DNA of 64,000 nucleotides. Source: Mytilus californianus. Lineage: Eukaryota. The translations under genes and the position numbers were made by a program. Location: assembly GCF_021869535.1 (NCBI RefSeq), contig NW_026262581.1, positions 2,852,001-2,916,000 on the forward strand, read 5' to 3'. Shown piece by piece: positions 13,764-26,879 of the stretch. Under the pieces are notes generated by a model. The model saw nothing but the letters and a program-made list of their open reading frames with translations, was not told where the DNA came from and ran no database searches. Numbering within the stretch: position 1 is the first letter of the stretch; each line of letters begins with the position of its first letter.

Positions 13764-14452
13764 ATCATATCGGATGTTTACAGCAAGTTACTATCACAAC
13801 AAACCACTATAATCACGTGGTTATCAAGACAGTTGTCAAAAAGAAGTAAATCTCATTTTGTAGAATATTTTTAGTCAATTTCTTAGATTTACAATGTACA
13901 TGGATTCCTAGATTCCGCACGCAGGCGTGATTTTTATTATTGATTTCTTATATTTTGATGATGTTGAATTGTTGTTATGTTTTATTCTGTTCATGATATT
14001 TTATTTGTAAATATGTTTCATTTGAAGTAAAGTATTGTCTTGAAAAATAACAAAATAACAAATAATTTCTTGAGAAATGCAATGCACTTCAGTGACTCTC
14101 CTCTTATATTGTTTTTTACAGTGTGCTGCAATGTTCTACTGTTGCACTTAGGGGTGGGGTGAGCACTCGCACACGCAGTTTGGTACTGCAACAGAAGTTC
14201 TTTATGTGTCTGTCCCCAGCTAGAAGCCTTTAGTCCAGTGGTTGTCTGTGGTTGCTGTTAACCACAATCTAATTAAAATATAGATCTCTGATTTCGTTAT
14301 CCTCATATGACGCAAGTTACGATAGATCTGAATTTCAATTAGATTGTGTTAAACATAATTATGTTTTAATAGTATTAGCTTATATAAGGCCTTTGGTTTT
14401 GTAATCATTTGTCTTTTGTACGGCTTGTTATACGGCATTGGTTTTGCTCATT

Positions 14453-14610
14453 TTTTTTAGCTCTCCTCGCCAAAAGGGCTAAGTGAGCTTTTCTCATCAC
14501 TTGGCGTCCGTCGTCCGTCATCCGTTGTCGTTAACTTTTAAAAAAATCTTCTCTGAAACTACAGGGCCAAATTTAACAAAACTTGGCCAAAATCATCATG
14601 AAATGAAGTT
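14453..14610 (+). mobile_element. Truncated Helentron/HINE-like (pearl-type) element 5' end
   Basis: T-rich start TTTTTAGCTC...GAGC subterminal inverted repeat followed by a (CGTC)n-type microsatellite. The same architecture occurs at 22175-22600 and 33079-33405. Confidence 0.5.
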
Positions 14611-15481
14611 GTACTGATTCATTTAATTCGTCTCTAAGTTTAAAATAAGAAATAGTCGTGAAGAGAGGAGACATGTATTTTTTTTTCAGAGTTTGTATTT
14701 GACGAGGAGAGGACTTACATTGCTCTGTAACACAAGCCTGGTTTTGATTATTGACACAATGGCTGTTAATAAATTAAAAATAAGCATCGTGGAGAATTTG
14801 ACAGAACCAACAATATAATGTTGTTTGTAAGAATACCCCCGGTATATTCATTAATCTTTGGTTGAGATTCAAATGATTACAAAAATAGACCTATGAATTT
14901 ATAAGATTTCCCCTTAAATAAGTGTCATTGGAGTATATGTTGAGTTTTCAAGTTAATTGTGTATTCTATTTACCTTAACTAGCAGTTTATATGATTTCAT
15001 TTACAAACAAAACTATATTTTCCAAAGAAAAGCGACAATTTGCCATGAGTACTATTTGTATGTTTACGCAAAACAAATCTATGACTGATATATGGAATAA
15101 CAAATTGACAGAACACGTGGTGTTTTCTAAGAATACCAATGTCTGAGCAATTTTGGACTAAGTCAATATATAGTGGCTAGATGTTTTTAAAAGACTCTAA
15201 TTAAAGCCGTTCCGTCATGTATACCAAATTGACTTACACGTATCTGTAATCTACACTAAAATATCTTTATTCAAACTATATGAAAGACTTTTTTCTGTAA
15301 TGTTCAGTATCATCAAATGAAATTCAGCGATCTCGTGTTTGTTATCAAATTCTAAAACAAATAAGAAAATGTTCTTCTGAGGACTCATTTACCTAAGCTG
15401 TTCCAGTCATTTGATACTACTAGATGCCAAGTGATGAACTTAAAAAAGGACTTTAACTGCAGACAATATAAGATATAAGAG

Positions 15482-16961
15482 TCATTTTCTCTGAACGAAA
15501 GTTCGTTTTGGCGACAATGACGGCAGAGGAGGGTGGGATGGCTTTCGGGTTGGATTTCGGCTTGGTGGAAACGATGACAAAGTTGATTCAGTTTGTCTCT
15601 TTGTAAGACGGCTAGAATCTGGTTGAGCTTGCGCAAGTAACAACAAATTTCTGATTTCCTTTACATCTTGTCGCACAGTTTGGTTCTGCTCTCGGAGATA
15701 TTTCATCTCGCTCCACTGGTTTTGCATAATATCACGCATGCGCTCTATCTCAAATCGCACAGACATTGTTATTCGTTGTAAATCTTCCTTGAACTTAACC
15801 TGTATATTAAGTTTGTCTGTTTCAAGAATTTTCATACTGTTTCCCTGGGAAACAACAACTTCTCGCGCTCGATTTAGTTCTTTCGACATTACTTTTATGT
15901 TTTGTTGAAAAGTGTAAATTTCGTTTTTTAAAGTGGCAATGTCTCTTTTTGCTTTCTCAAACGCCTCACCAGACACCAACTGCCTGTTTTCTGATTCCAG
16001 GTTAACTATTTCTTTCTGAATTTCCGTAATCCACGTGGTTGCAGAGTCAACATTCTGCTTCATTTCGCTGATCTGAGTCTGAATTTCAGCCAATTTGTTC
16101 CGTTTATCGTCATTGTCTTCTTCTAACTGTGACAAAGAACTTTCCTTATTATTCAGCTCTGTTTTCAGAGCATCAATTTTGATTGTCTTTGCTTTAATTT
16201 CGGATTCCATAGAAAGTTTTTCAGATTCATTTGCAGCATGGTGATGCTTTCTTCCAAAGTCAAGTCTCAAGCGCAATGTTTCTATTTGTTTTTCAAGTCC
16301 CAAGTTCATGTTGACTATTTGCTCGATCAAAGAATGCTGAATTGTATCTGATTCATCCTCAGATCCAACAAAAGATCCAAACCTGTCCTCAAATGTATTT
16401 TCTTCGGGTTGTGGTACAGAATGCCCTTGGATTGATAACTTTTTTGGCTCCTGTAAATTAAAGTTTTACATGCGATATTCACTAAAGATTACTAATCTTT
16501 TTGTGTATCTATTTGAAAGAAAAAATATGAAATGGAATTTGTTTAATAACTAATGTTGCTTTTAAGCAGACGTCATATAGATATCTTACTAAACATAAGA
16601 TAAATCCAGTGATATTACAATTAAAAATTTCTAAATTTCCAAGATATTTACCATTATACACTTACCAAAAATATAGACATTTTAGGAGCATCAATCGGTC
16701 GTTAATTAATAGTGTCCAGGTTCTATTCTTTCAAATCAAAACACGTTTTAATAATTTCATAACAGACAAACAAAGATATTGTATCAACAACAACAACAAC
16801 AAAAGAAATACGGAAAGCGACTAAAGCTGCTGCTTTTTCTGACTAAGGTTTGGAAAGGCACTTCCGAAATTTTTTTTTGGTAAAAATCATAACATAAAAC
16901 GGTATAAGATAGAATGTGCAGTTGCCTATGATCTTACCTCTCCCCTGGTTGTTGACGCCAT
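15482..16961 (-). CDS. Uncharacterised coiled-coil protein, paralog A, 330 aa; complement(join(15482..16450,16938..16961))
   Basis: The 282-aa ORF stays open back to an acceptor (tttacag|GAG) at 16450. The upstream mini-exon gives MASTTRGE with a phase-0 donor GAG|gtaaga at 16938, and a non-coding exon donor (aag|gtgagt) lies at 17317. Heptad-rich E/K/Q/L sequence, Pro/Ser/Arg tail, AATAAA on - at 15266-15271. Confidence 0.85.
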
Positions 16962-19900
16962 ACTTCGCTCGCCTATTCAGTTACCTGGAAATATTGATAA
17001 CGTACAACAATTTGCAAAAATAGTCGAGGCGTTGTTTTTGTCCAGCCTTTTTTGTATATCATATAAATGATCATTTTCACACTCAAAACTAAGCTATTTA
17101 CAAAGTACAAAATTAACAAGTGTATTTAAAAATTACCCCATCTTTTACATTTATCTCAGTGAAGCGACGATGTTGTCCGTTTGTTATAAAAATTGATTTG
17201 GTTATTCCATAATTCAACATAAAAAAACCCTCTCAAACTCAAACTGAATGATCGTCATGCATTGGCAAAATATAAGTATACACAAAATTCATATTTATAA
17301 ATATACAACAACTCACCTTTTTAGTTGTAATGTGTCTTTTGTCAAGATAAGTTTGTCATTCTTTGTTAACGGAGTCAATTAACAAAAAATGCAATGAGGT
17401 ATCGATTTCTCACAAACAAATATTTTGTAAATGATAAGTATACATCTAGGTCTATGTAGATGTAACGTTTATTTTACATTAATATTTGTATCGTTTAGTT
17501 AAATTTGGATATGTTCCAATACATGTAATCTTTAAAAAAAAATGAACCATTGAAAAGAAAATAAGGTGGAGGTTTTTATCTTTATTTAAAGTGAATTTTG
17601 TTTCGATTCAATACAGTAAACGCATATTACAAGAATGAATGTAAAAAAACGAAAACAGAACAATGTATGTTTTGTCTTCACCATGTATCTTCCTAAACTT
17701 AATAAACATATATTGTCTTGTGGATACTTTTAAAGACATACTAGTAATTCATTGTTTTAAAAAGTCACACATGTACCGTCCGCACTCGAAAATGTATTTA
17801 TCAGCTGTTATATGGAACTTACTAGAAGCAAGTGTCCTTATTTGTTAAAAACTCTTACACCATTTCAGAAAGAATTTGCTGGAATGTAGGACTCAAAGAA
17901 ATAGCAATTTAAAAAAAAAACTACTGATTATATGTTGGACAGATTTACATAAACATCAATTAAAATCTATAGATACACAACTTGGTTTTTGACTATTTCA
18001 GTTCGATGTCCTTTCACGCATTATATAATTTGAAAGAAAATCAGTCCTGTGTGTCGAAATAATAAAAAAAATGGATAGAATTTATATTATATGCACAAAT
18101 ATCAGATAAAGATTGATTGATTGATTGATTATTTGACGTAGCGTCAGCGCAAAATAGCTAGATATAAAAAAGAACTGTTGGTGTTTTATGTCTACGAGAA
18201 CTGCTTAGAGCCTTTTTTGCACTAGAAGATCCAACTGAATGACTGACATAGCGATAGAAATGATACCTGCCAGTAACAATCACTTTAAACATATATTCTA
18301 AATAAGACTTAGGTCGAGAGGAATGACCATTTAGTTACTTCTTTCTTCTTTAGTTTCACACTATGTTAACTATATAGATAGATATATTTTATGTCATAAT
18401 GTAATATTAATTGACTAGATCTTAAATATATTGGTGACAAACTATGAATATTTAATGAAATCCTGACCCAATTTTATTTTATTGGAAACAGATTTTCTTT
18501 GTTTATGAGAAAATTGATATAACAAAGTGTCAACAAAATATGTTGACTTTGACTCTTAAACTAAGGAATGATCCGGCAGACTGTATGGTTAAGTAATTTT
18601 GATTAGGATATTTATATATTAAAGTGGTATAAATATTATAGAGTAAGTTGTGTTTCAGTTTCCTTCAAAATTTACAAGCATTCTAAACTTTATCTCAAGG
18701 AAAAGACGGCTATATATAGTTTTAAGTTCAACAATGAAAGAATTGTCTAAGATGTCTATCAACAGAAACGATTACAGAAATGTGTATACTGACAAGGTAA
18801 GAGCAAAGACGTCTACTGTAGAAAATCATGTAAACTCTTTATAAAATTCGTGTCTAAAGTGCTTTTCTGGATTTACCTTCACTAGGAACGCTATGATCTT
18901 TCAATTGGAAGCCAGAAATGTATAAATACACAGACCGTTTGCTATATGACCAAAAGGGACCTAACAAGAATAGCCAAATTGAATTATTCGTTTAAGGTCA
19001 ACTTTGCCTGAAGGAGTTGGAACCTTAGTGTCTCAATAATTTCTTAATCCGTGAATCAAAACCTAGTTTTCTACAGAACTTGATTTTGTTCAGGACTTCT
19101 TAATAAGGGAAAAAATCTCAAGAAATTTCAAATAAACTTGAATGGTCGTTATTATAATGTGTCGTAGTTACACAGGACATTTTTTATTAGAAAGTTACGT
19201 ATTAGCGTTCTTATACGGACGTCAAAATTATAAATGTATTCCACCAAATTCAACAAAACAAACCAAATTTCCATACCAACTCCTTTGCACAACAGCCTTC
19301 TTTTGTATTTATTATATGAAGTCATTTATAGCATCTTAATATTAAGTCTTCAGTAATTTTTAGTATTTGCTGGGACGTTAAATTAGGTCTTAGGTGTATA
19401 TAAATATAATAATTAAATTCCTGCAGGGTTTGTAATTACTCATTTAAAAGAATATTGATGTAAACTCGTCCAATAGTTTATTATAGTATCGTCTTTAGCA
19501 ACTGTATACGTTATATGTTGGACTGCATGTTGCACACATTCCCCCTTTTCGTCCTGAAACATGCATACTTCTTATTTTATTCTATCATATATGACATGAA
19601 ACGAAAATTTCTTAATCTGAACATCGTAAATTACCAAAGAACGATAGAGCACTTTATGCCAGCCACACCAACACTGATCCTCCTGTGATGTTAGCACAAA
19701 AATGGTATCAGTACACCTGTCTGCTCATGTACTAAAAATCAATAATTTTTCAATTTATTTGTTAACGAATACATTTAACAAAGCGATTTGCGCATTCTAA
19801 ACATTGGATGCAAAGTTGTAAAAAAATCCCGATTTATTATTTTATGAATTCAATAGCTTTTAAATTCATACCTGATTAATCTTTTATTCTTTTTAAAGTT

Positions 19901-21054
19901 TTTGTCATTTACCCTTGCCTATTCAATCATATTGATAAATTTCTGCTTCTTTGTTCTCAAAATGTTTACACAATATTTATTTACATACATTTAAATTTCA
20001 TAAAGAATTGCTCGATAACTCGGGTATAGATTAATAATCTTAGTCACTTAACAAAGATGGTGTCCAAGACTACATCGACGTTAAAGGAATGATTCCGAAT
20101 CGATTACTGATCGGAATATCCCGAACTGAAATCGAGACTGGTTCATAATGGCGGACATTGATTGTAAACGTCCGAAAAGAGTACATATTTGGATAAAAAT
20201 GTAAATTTTGAAACAAGAGGTAGGAACTTTTAAAACTGTTCGTTACACCATTATTATGTCAGTCTGTACATGTACTTAACTATTAACCCTTGCTACTAAA
20301 ATAATTAAAGTGCAAACTACTTATACGCCTTAAAAAACTTTTATGTATAAACGTATATTGTTAAATTAAAAAAAAAGTAGTTTTCAGGCATCACAATATC
20401 ATTCTTTTTTATTCTTAATAGATTTTTCACATCTATATGGCGACAATTCAAAGTTTTACAGTTATTCGAAAGTTTGATTTTTATGTTGATATTTCCAAAT
20501 CCTTTTAAATATACAATTACATACAATTTAACGGATAAAGAGTGTCAGACGTGAGGTAACATGCTATGTCATATTGTACCCTTATCAAATCAAGGTTAAA
20601 GACACCCAATAAATGTAAGTGCCATTTTAAACTTATATTTAAATAGCAAGAAATATTAAAATGATATCAGATAAAGAGAAAATATCAAAAGGATTTTAGA
20701 AAGAGGGTCAATATTAAAAAGATGAAACGATCATGTTAATTCTCGAACATTTTATCAAGTGTTGTATTATATTCTTTAATTTTATGAGTTTTAGGAGAAT
20801 TATTACGTATTTGCAGTACAATGAAACCAAAGGACGTTTAAATGAACAAATAATAAATCAGATAAAAATAAGAGCTTGATTCGCCATAGGCATTTAAACA
20901 CTGTATTTGTTGTTGTTATTTTGAGCTAAAATGTATAAAGGAGATAGAGAAATATGTCAAGGAGACAACAAACCAACGATAACAAAAAGCACACATACAC
21001 AAAATACATCGTAGAGTAACAGATGGTAATCAACAATATACCGCTCTCTTGTCT

Positions 21055-21150
21055 TCGGTAGTTCTCTCCGGGCACTCCGGCTTCCTCCACCGATAACACT
21101 GACTTCCACGATACAGCCAATAGTACTAAAAGTGGTGGTAGACACCGACA
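21055..21150 (+). mobile_element. 3' fragment of a V-type SINE
   Basis: CTCCGGGCACTCCGGCTTCCTCCACC.ATAA.ACTGAC..CCACGATA matches the V-SINE central motif (CTCCGGGT.CTCCGGTTTCCTCC), recognised from memory. Confidence 0.6.
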
Positions 21151-22610
21151 ATCAGTTAATCAGTTAGACAGGCATATGTGCTCGTGGCGGGCATATAATT
21201 GGTAGCTGGTAAACTAGTTTTTTTACACGTAAGCATCATCGTTTTAACAAAAATCAGTACAGAGAAAGCACTTAAATCTAAAATACTGTTATAATAGACA
21301 ACAACAAGAATAAGTGTCCATATTATACAATTCCCCGCTAAACCGGTGTAAAGTTTTAAAAGTTCACATCACAATGAACATAACGACCACCACGTCATTG
21401 ACGGACGGACGGGCAGACTTGAAAAAATAAATCATAATAGTCGGGCATAAAACCAAAATACAAGCCAAACAATATTAAATAAATAATACCGTCTTAAAAT
21501 ACATGGTATTACTGAAAGCAGACATAAAGTATCTAATATACTGATATAGAAAGCACGCATGCTTAACAGAACAAGTTGAGGACGGTTTCGAGAGTATATA
21601 TATATATATATATATGTTCATGCAAATAAGATATGAAGATAAGAAGTCAATATTTACTCAAACTAAATGTTCTTTCAAAAAATAACCTTTTGTTATGTTT
21701 GGCAATTCAGTACATGAAAAAGTCCATAATTTGTACAGAACATTGCGCACAAAATACACATTACGTCGCGAAATGCGTCGTCTACCCTATTTTCTCACCA
21801 GATATCATTGATTTCGTTCTCATGAAAAGAGGTACACGGCCGACTTTACATGGACAAATGTATGCATTTATCTACTATCCAATCTGAGATCTTATCAATA
21901 CTAATTAAATACCAAGTACTTTAAAAATACGAATGATCCTTATTCATTGTACATATTTAATATAAATTTTTAAAGATTACACTGCTTTTTCTAAACGTTT
22001 CTTTATCAAACTATAATTTTCAATTTCAACATTGATTGGTATGTTTATTAAATGTAATTCCAACAACAATGAAATTGACACGATGAAAAGTTAACTACTT
22101 CCATATTATATTAGGTGATAAGTTCAACAAGAATTCATATGACTCGATTTATACTATTTATTTCCACCGATCCGTCATGTCCTTTTAATAACCCCGCTCA
22201 ACAGAGTCGGGGGTATATAGGAATCATCATGTCTCTTAGTCCATTCGTCCGTCCGTCCGTAACACTTTGGTTTCAAGATGATAAAAAAGGACATTCTTTT
22301 TAATTAATTGACATTTTGACATTTTAGTGAAATGTTTCTGACCAATTTATGACATGTTAAGCTCGATTTTCGTTGTTTAGACTTGTACCGATCGAGAGTT
22401 ATGGTGCTTGATTGTTGGGAAAAATTATAATAATTTGGTTTCCGAAATATAAATTCAGAAAATCGTTTTGAAATTAATTGAAATTTTAATAAAATGTTTT
22501 GGCCCACTAAAGACAGGTTAAGTTCCATTTTCGTCTTTTTCACTTGTACCATTCCAGAGTTATGGTACTTGATTATTTGACTGAAAAAATTGTGATTTCC
22601 TGATAATAAA

Positions 22611-23153
22611 CATTTTCGCTAGCCAAGGGTTACGATCCACTTCCCTCCTCTCCACCCTTGGCAGATTGAGATAGAATTTCGGAGACACAAAGTAATTATT
22701 TTTATTGGTTGCAGTGGAAACTCGCTGCATCCAATCAAAAAGCGCCTATAACATGGTCACGTGTAATTGTAGAAAGTGTATGTAAACAATTGCCACGTGC
22801 TTATTGTGCAACAAGTCTTTACATCCCTAAACATGCGACTATATTTAGTGACAATTTGAATGTTTTTAATCAACTAATATAAGTTCCTGTGTATGTTTCT
22901 TGCACAAATGCATGAATGTCAACGTATATTTTCGTTTCCTGCTTTACCAAGTGTGTAGAATCTAGACGCTACCGTGTTTTTACCTCCAAATTGAAGAGTT
23001 CAAGTGCTACCATTGGTCAAGAATAATGTATTCGGAATGGGCGTGACTTTAATCTACCGATAGATGGCGCAACATTATTATTACAAATGTTGGCTTAATC
23101 TGACAAGGGCGGAGAGGAGGGAAGTGGATCGTAACCCTTGGCTAGCGAAGATG
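22611..23153. mobile_element. MULE-type MITE, 543 bp, ~55-bp TIRs, 9-bp TSD
   Basis: CATTTTCGCTAGCCAAGGGTTACGATCCACTTCCCTCCTCTCC... at 22611 is inverted at 23097-23153. GATAATAAA is duplicated at 22602-22610 and 23154-23162. Confidence 0.9.
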
Positions 23154-23534
23154 GATAATAAATGGAGAACGGTGAACCCCTTTTTCACGATCTCTCAGCT
23201 GTACCCCTCTAGTTTAAGAGTGTTTTTACTATTTTAAGTTATGGCACTTCAACTTTGACATGAAGTGAATTGGATAGCTACGAATATTCATATAGTAACA
23301 CATTAAACTTTACAAATTATAACGTAACAGTATCCAAATTGCACCCATTTAGCAAATACAGCAGCAGAAATCTTACAAGTTTTCTTAGAGACTAAGGAAA
23401 ATGTCTTTTTATGATTTTACATTATGCACGTCTTTCAACATAGCTCAATATATTTAAATATACACAAAACGGGCACAGTATGTATCAACAGATGAAGTAT
23501 TCGGTGAAAAGTAAAATTTCCGAGAACGTTGCCA

Positions 23535-23935
23535 TGCGACGTCCACAAAAAGTCAACTTTTAAAAATCAATAATTAAAATATGTCACAGGCATCCATTTC
23601 TTAAACGAGGAGTAATAGGCATGAAATATTGTCAAATTGTTTTAAAAATTTAGAGAAATAAAACAAAACATTAGTTATTTGATTTTTACGTATGTGAATT
23701 TAAGCATGGATGCAATTTGGATTCTCCACATTACAGAATCATGGGTCGTTTGGATGTCGGTTCAAACCCATTTTTCTATGATTCAGTATGGATTCAAAAT
23801 TAAATTGGTGGAACTATATAGTAAATATTGATACATCTACAAAATAAACACAAAATGGAAACATTTTTCTCGATCATAAATAAACGTACGTGAACAAAAC
23901 TGTCAAAATAGGTGCAATTTGGGTACCCTCACGTT
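23535..23935. repeat. Interspersed repeat with an inverted, interrupted copy at ~56715-58100
   Basis: The reverse complement of this block matches 56715-57035 and resumes at 58028-58095, after the HINE-like insertion. Confidence 0.75.
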
Positions 23936-24500
23936 ACATGCAATAATATATTATAATAATAAATGAATTCAATGGAAACAAGATATGTTTGCGTGCTTGT
24001 TTTTTGAAATACAAGCGTTTTAAAAAAGCAAATGTTAGCGAAAAAAAACAATGTCTGAGAAATTTGTCTGAAGTATTCCAAGAAAAGTAAGGAGAGTATA
24101 AAACGAATTGTGAAATAATTCCTAAAGGTGTAATAAAATGGATCTTCTTAATTGTGGAATAATTCCTAAAGGAGTAATGAAATGGATCTTCTTAAATAGT
24201 ATAAAGACGTAAAGGGGTTGCTAAGCAACTTTTAAAAAACTTTCCTAACGTAAATTTATGAGGAGTTATGTAGTATTTTAAAGAAGTGACATATGAACAG
24301 ATAACGTCTTTAAACTTGTAACAGGTACATGTACTGTATTATGTTATTATAACTTTATACTATGCACGAAGGCCAGTGGAAAAGGGCATACTCTACCAAT
24401 TTGAAGTAAAATGTCACGAGAAGTTATATTTTGAAACTGTTCTATATAGTTGAGACATTTAAAAACCAATGAAATTATTTTTTAGGTTAATCAATCTGTG

Positions 24501-26879
24501 ATGGCGACCGGAGGTGGGACGATTGCACCACAAAGACCAAAGAAAGACACAAAAATGGTTTGTTCTATATAACTGCTTAGAAATAAATATATACCAGAAT
24601 TTTATACTGCAAATCCAACGGAGTACAAATTAAAACAGCTTCTAACATTTTGTCATGTAGAACTTTACAAACACTTAGCAATATTTTTAAAAATACTTAC
24701 ACGATACTTATGATTTATATTTGTCTTTTTTGAGTTGAATATTATGGTAATTTGTAAATTGACATTTTGCTGTATTTTACCATGCATGCATGCATTATTA
24801 TGTGTAGTGTAAATGTATTGAGTATAAAAATGTGTATACGTGTATATACGATGTCCTCTTGTACACCTATGTGTCTGAGGTTTAATAATAAAGTATTGTC
24901 TATTGTCTATATCTTAAAGTAAGGAGATGTGGTATGCCGGATTTCCAATGAGACAACTATCCACCAGAGACAAAATAAAGTGGAAGAAAGCAACTATATC
25001 CTCGTCTCATGGGTTTTCGTGCTATTAAGAATGCATTGTGACGTCACAATTTCCATTGAAAAAGCATGCATAGTACGAATTCATATGACGTACGAAAACA
25101 TATGATCTGATCATACACAGGCAAATTTCACCTCAAACGAGCTAATACGTGAGATTCATGTGAGATTCACGTGAGCAAAATTTGCCTGTGTAACTCACCG
25201 TAAGGCCTTCAACAAGTCAACAAACCGGCAAAACCCATACTTCATTGTAAGCTATATATCCCCGAAATAACACAATGTAAAATAATTCAAACGAGAAAAT
25301 CCACGGTCTGATTTATGATAAAACAACAAAAAACGAAAGACAAACATGACAGACAGCAACCAATGAATACCAATGAATTATAGGCGCATTACAAGGGACA
25401 TGCACATAAAGAGTATTGCATAGTTAACTTCTTGGATAAAATAATTTTATGAAAAAAGTTTTCATATAAAATATGGCAGCATCTACGTTTACGAAACCTT
25501 AATTTCATCTTATATTAGAACCAAAGGTTGTTGTTATTTGCTGTAAAGCTTAATAAGAGACTGCAGTGGGTAGTTTATACAGGATAGAACATTTTAAAGC
25601 AACACACTTAACACAGAACAAATTAGATACCAGCAAACTTTAATACTCCTGTCAAATAAAATAGATTTATAAGGAACAACAAGGGTGTTCTTTATCAAAT
25701 AGCAGACCAATAGTAAAAAATGATTGAATTGATATCTTTCAATTTCAGGACGATACAAACTCGTTTAAGATAACAGGAAAGGGATATAGTACAGACAGAC
25801 AGACAGATCAGGGTGCTAGTAATTTGTCATCACCTAAGTCTTCGTCAAGGCCGTTATCAGGGACCACAAGTAATTCCGAAGACATTGGAGAACTTGGCGA
25901 GCCAATAGGTAGTTTTCAGTTACCAACAGAAGCTATGGAACTGCTACAAAATGTGATGCAAGTCAACAAAGACCTCGAGGAGCAAGTAGTTGCTTTGAGA
26001 TTAAGAATAGACGTTGAACAAAAAAACCAAGAGACAGAAAAAAAGAAAGTTGTTCACGAAAAAGATCGAGCTCTTAAAGTGAAAGATCATGAAATAAATG
26101 AATTAACGGAATCAATTTCTGTTCGAGATTATAGGATTAAACATTTGAATAAAGAAAAAGAAGAGCAGAGTCAACAGTTATTAGAGAAAATTGACGAAAT
26201 CACTGAATTGAAATCGCTCGTAGAACAAACCGAAGACTACGCGAAAGATTTAAATAGAAAAGTCTCAAAACTTAGGGAAGAAAAAAGACATCTTGAATCA
26301 GACACGTTGTACAAATCTCAGAGTGAAGAAATAAAGAAGCTAAAACATGAACTTCATTCTGTAAAAGACAAACTAGCTTCCATGCAAAATGAATTGACTC
26401 GTGCTAGACATATCATAGAACAACAAAACATGAAAATTAAAAATCTTGAATATGAAAAGGGAGAAATGAACTCACGGTTTCGAGACGACTTAGAAAAGGC
26501 TTCACGTGCTATGCGTCAAGAAGTAGAACGAATGAGAGAGGTTATGAAACAACAATACGAAGAGATGAAAAACTTGAGAGCTCAGAATTACGAAATATCT
26601 AGCGATGTACGGGACATAAAAGACATCTTGCTTAACTCCAGGGATAGTACAACAAAACGAGAGTCGTTAGACATTAACCGGTTGCCCATGGCACCAAGAA
26701 GTCCGAAGCCCGCAGTTCGTTCTTCTATGCCTAATATGAAAATAAACAAAGGTGCTAGTAAAAACTTAAGTAATTTGCCTCCGTTAGAAAAAGAACAAAC
26801 TGCTGGTTCAAAATGGATTCCAGCAGGTGCGAGACGTTCTATGAATATGTCTGCTAAGCTCAAACGACCAGACAAGTGA
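24501..26879 (+). CDS. Uncharacterised coiled-coil protein, paralog B, ~395 aa; join(24501..24557,25749..26879)
   Basis: The 351-aa ORF is open back to acceptor aatttcag| at 25748. The upstream exon (acceptor 24485) gives MATGGGTIAPQRPKKDTKM with a phase-0 donor at 24557/24558. Shares N..LE.Q...LRLR.D, EL.RAR, R.E.ERMR..M..Q..EMK.LR.QN...DV..I..LL with paralog A. Confidence 0.85.
25114..25192. mobile_element. Miniature inverted-repeat element, 79 bp including flanking TA
   Basis: TACACAGGCAAATTT ... AAATTTGCCTGTGTA, a 15-bp perfect inverted repeat, inside the insertion that interrupts the 24912-25400 repeat. Confidence 0.65.

Noticed and set aside
15385-15636. ORF 15385..15636(-), and antisense ORFs 26588..26923(-) and 12264..12527(-)
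   Set aside because: They are alternate-frame or antisense shadows of real coding exons.
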